Of a stretch of 64,000 nt of DNA, positions 61,645 to 64,000 are shown in pieces. The position numbers and the translations under genes were made by a program. Numbering within the stretch: position 1 is the first letter of the stretch; each line of letters opens with the position of its first letter. The stretch is from an uncultured bacterium (GTDB taxonomy: Bacteria > Babelota > Babeliae > Babelales > Vermiphilaceae), in NCBI GenBank assembly GCA_963702025.1, contig OY969699.1, forward strand, positions 1,312,001 to 1,376,000, read 5' to 3'. Below the pieces are notes generated by a model. The model saw only the letters and a program-made list of their open reading frames with translations, did not search any database and was not told where the DNA came from.

Positions 61645-63225
61645 TTAAAAACTAATTGCGGTTTTGAGCCAGACACCATATTGATTCAGCGCACTGCGGC
61701 GATGAGCAAATTCATACTGACCGCCAACGCCGATCATCACCGGATATTCACAGCACAGGCAGCAATCATATGAAACTGCACCATAAACTGTGCTGGAAAG
61801 CGCTTTGGGGCTTGCTGCCGAATCTAAATTCAAATAAGAGCATTGTGTTGAGCAATATGTTGGACAACAGTTGCTCCCATCTCTTTGTGTGCCGATTTTA
61901 TTACTTGCTTTTGAGTTTTTCACCGAAACAAACGTTGCATCGCTTGCCGGTGCACCCGCTTGACCGCGAACCGCTTGGCAAATACGCGCGCAGCTTGCTG
62001 ACATGTTGCACGGCGGTAACCCTGCAGCAATATCAAAAATACCAACACCCAAATCTTGATCAGGTAAACATATTTTTTCCTTGGAGCGGTACCAGAAATC
62101 GTAACCAATTTCCGCATGGAAGTTGCAATGATTAAAACTGAGTGCTAACCAGACTTCAAAGAATGATCGGGGCTTTACTTGTACTTCTTTGGTAAAGAAA
62201 TTGATGCCCGGCAATGGATTTACCTGATTTGTTGTTACTGCTGCCGTGTTAGGCAACACTACTAATAAGTAACGTGAAAGATCACCGTTGAATAAATCGA
62301 TGGATCTGATTTCTTTTGCTTTGAAAAAGTAGGCATACCGCACATCAAGCATCATATCAAAACTGTTAGGACCACACTCATAGGCCACATAATCACCATT
62401 AAAGCCGGCCCCTACTCCTACCTGTCTACCGCCGACTATTGGTTCAAAAAGATATCTTGCTCTGTTTTTGTTACCCGTAGGCGCAAAGATTTGGCCATAG
62501 AATCCTGCATGCCCCCATTGATCTTTGTCAAAATCAAGTCCCACTTTTATATTTACATCATCAACGCCGGTCTTTTTGAGCCTATGCACCGACCATTTGC
62601 CATAGTTCCATGCCGGATTATTGAATGCTTCTATTTCATTGGTTATACCGTCAAATACTCCCGGTACTGCGGATGCTGTTTCAGTAATATGTAAATCATG
62701 ACGCACTTGCTGCACCGGCACAAATATGCTTGCCCACCAATTGTTATACCAACAGTTACCATCAAACCAGTAACTCAGATCCATAAACAGTTTAAATGCG
62801 CCGCCAATAACCGTTCTTTTTGGATCTATACATATTGTTGATTGATACGGTGTAGCGATCGGGGTTATCAGTTGCAACCATGGTGAGCTGACATCGGCAG
62901 TATTATTTTCTGCAACGGTGAGACAATTTTTACAGTCGGGCAAAAAATAGCTGGCCAACCGTTTATTTTTAGTTGATTTAAAATAATAAGGAGCCGTAAC
63001 TTCAAGGCTGATCCATGGCGGACACTCTGAATCACAGCAAGGCAAATGGTAATGGTAATAATTGTGTAATGCTAATTCAAGCACGGAGTTTTGCGACATC
63101 AATCGGGGCACAAAGGTGGTATGCGCCGATATATTACATGCAGTACTGCACATAGCCTGCACACCCACATTCACTATCATTGCAAGCAAGGCGAGCAAAA
63201 ACCGTATGGTAATTTTATTCATCAT
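61645..63225 (-). CDS. Cys-rich putative outer-membrane beta-barrel protein
   Basis: GAGG SD, signal peptide, alternating beta strands, C-terminal YGVWLKTAISF. Confidence 0.7.
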   Translation of the reverse strand: MMNKITIRFLLALLAMIVNVGVQAMCSTACNISAHTTFVPRLMSQNSVLELALHNYYHYHLPCCDSECPPWISLEVTAPYYFKSTKNKRLASYFLPDCKNCLTVAENNTADVSSPWLQLITPIATPYQSTICIDPKRTVIGGAFKLFMDLSYWFDGNCWYNNWWASIFVPVQQVRHDLHITETASAVPGVFDGITNEIEAFNNPAWNYGKWSVHRLKKTGVDDVNIKVGLDFDKDQWGHAGFYGQIFAPTGNKNRARYLFEPIVGGRQVGVGAGFNGDYVAYECGPNSFDMMLDVRYAYFFKAKEIRSIDLFNGDLSRYLLVVLPNTAAVTTNQVNPLPGINFFTKEVQVKPRSFFEVWLALSFNHCNFHAEIGYDFWYRSKEKICLPDQDLGVGIFDIAAGLPPCNMSASCARICQAVRGQAGAPASDATFVSVKNSKASNKIGTQRDGSNCCPTYCSTQCSYLNLDSAASPKALSSTVYGAVSYDCCLCCEYPVMIGVGGQYEFAHRRSALNQYGVWLKTAISF

Positions 63226-63300
63226 ACTATCCTCTTTATTTGGTGTTACATAATATTTTATACTTAACATATGACACATTAGAAAAACAAGTTATTTTTC

Positions 63301-63336
63301 AAAAAAAAGAGTCCGGCTTTTTAAAACCGGACTCTT
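63301..63336 (-). terminator. Intrinsic terminator
   Basis: AAGAGTCCGG/CCGGACTCTT stem with an A-run (U-tract on the minus strand). Confidence 0.85.
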
Positions 63337-63351
63337 GGTTATACTTATTCT

Positions 63352-64000
63352 TTACGCGACTCCCGTTACTGCCGTTGCACCAAAACAACATGGCACCGAT
63401 ATGGTCACCGTTGCAATATTGCTTTGACAATAAACGTTACTCGAATCAACCGCTACAAATTGGAAGCTTGCTGTTCCTATAAAGTTGACGGCAGGCAAGA
63501 AGGTAAATTGGCCTGTTATCGAATTCAGTAATAATGTGCCGCCGATAACCGTGCCAACTTGAATGAATTGGTATGGCGGAACGCCACCACTCACTAATGA
63601 ATTCAAGTTACCGGTGACCGGTGTGTTAAAGCATGCACAGAACGAGCCGTCCATTGCTACCGGCGCACCCGTTGCGGTCATCATAATAGTAAAGGCACCG
63701 GTATTTGAGCACCCATTCACATCGGTAACCACAAAATCAAAAGTGCACGGTCCGGTGTATCCGGCCGGGCCGGTATACACAAAACTGCCATTCGGATTCA
63801 CCGTCACCGCGCCGCAGGTGATAGTTCCCACCTCGGTGAACGTGTACGGTGGTGTGCCACCCGAAACGAGGCTGTTCAGATTGCCAAATACTACATCCTG
63901 GCAGCTATCAACACCCGTGCTTTGCACCGTCGGCGAAGGCTTCACTTTAACGATAATCATCACTTTAGAGCTGCATCCAAGGCTATCGGAAACACCAATA
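63352..64000 (-). CDS. C-terminal part of a second Cys-rich repeat surface protein (paralog of 57645..61613)
   Basis: Frame open to the window end (..VSDSLGCSSK..); GGTPPYTF and VTDVNGC repeats; CC near the C-terminus. Confidence 0.88.
   Translation of the reverse strand, partial: IGVSDSLGCSSKVMIIVKVKPSPTVQSTGVDSCQDVVFGNLNSLVSGGTPPYTFTEVGTITCGAVTVNPNGSFVYTGPAGYTGPCTFDFVVTDVNGCSNTGAFTIMMTATGAPVAMDGSFCACFNTPVTGNLNSLVSGGVPPYQFIQVGTVIGGTLLLNSITGQFTFLPAVNFIGTASFQFVAVDSSNVYCQSNIATVTISVPCCFGATAVTGVA

Overview
Bacterial chromosome segment, AT-rich. It probably comes from a protist-infecting intracellular bacterium such as Babelota/Dependentiae (TM6); this is inferred from the gene content, not from a database match. 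Positions 1-12.8 kb carry a contiguous minus-strand str-S10-spc ribosomal cluster (rpsL to rplO) that lacks rpmD. Positions 13-38 kb mix housekeeping genes (rseP, rplM without rpsI, NhaC-family transporter, pepP, recR, yidC, MerR regulator, murC, rplS, a trmD-SPOUT fusion, rpsP, ffh, hflX, uvrD/pcrA) with many signal-peptide hypotheticals. Positions 39-56 kb are an effector-like island with an 8-gene mosaic tandem ankyrin array and further ankyrin proteins carrying F-box-like and SOCS/BC-box-like motifs. The end holds trpS and a Cys-rich giant repeat protein / beta-barrel / repeat protein locus. Four features stand out. (1) About 11 copies of a structured palindromic REP-like element with a covarying outer stem; four of them flank a frameshifted GIY-YIG nuclease gene. 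(2) A recurrent Met (often Met-Glu) directly after predicted signal-peptide cleavage sites in unrelated secreted proteins. (3) Interchangeable cullin-adaptor mimic motifs on ankyrin scaffolds. (4) Cassette-like shuffling in the ankyrin array.
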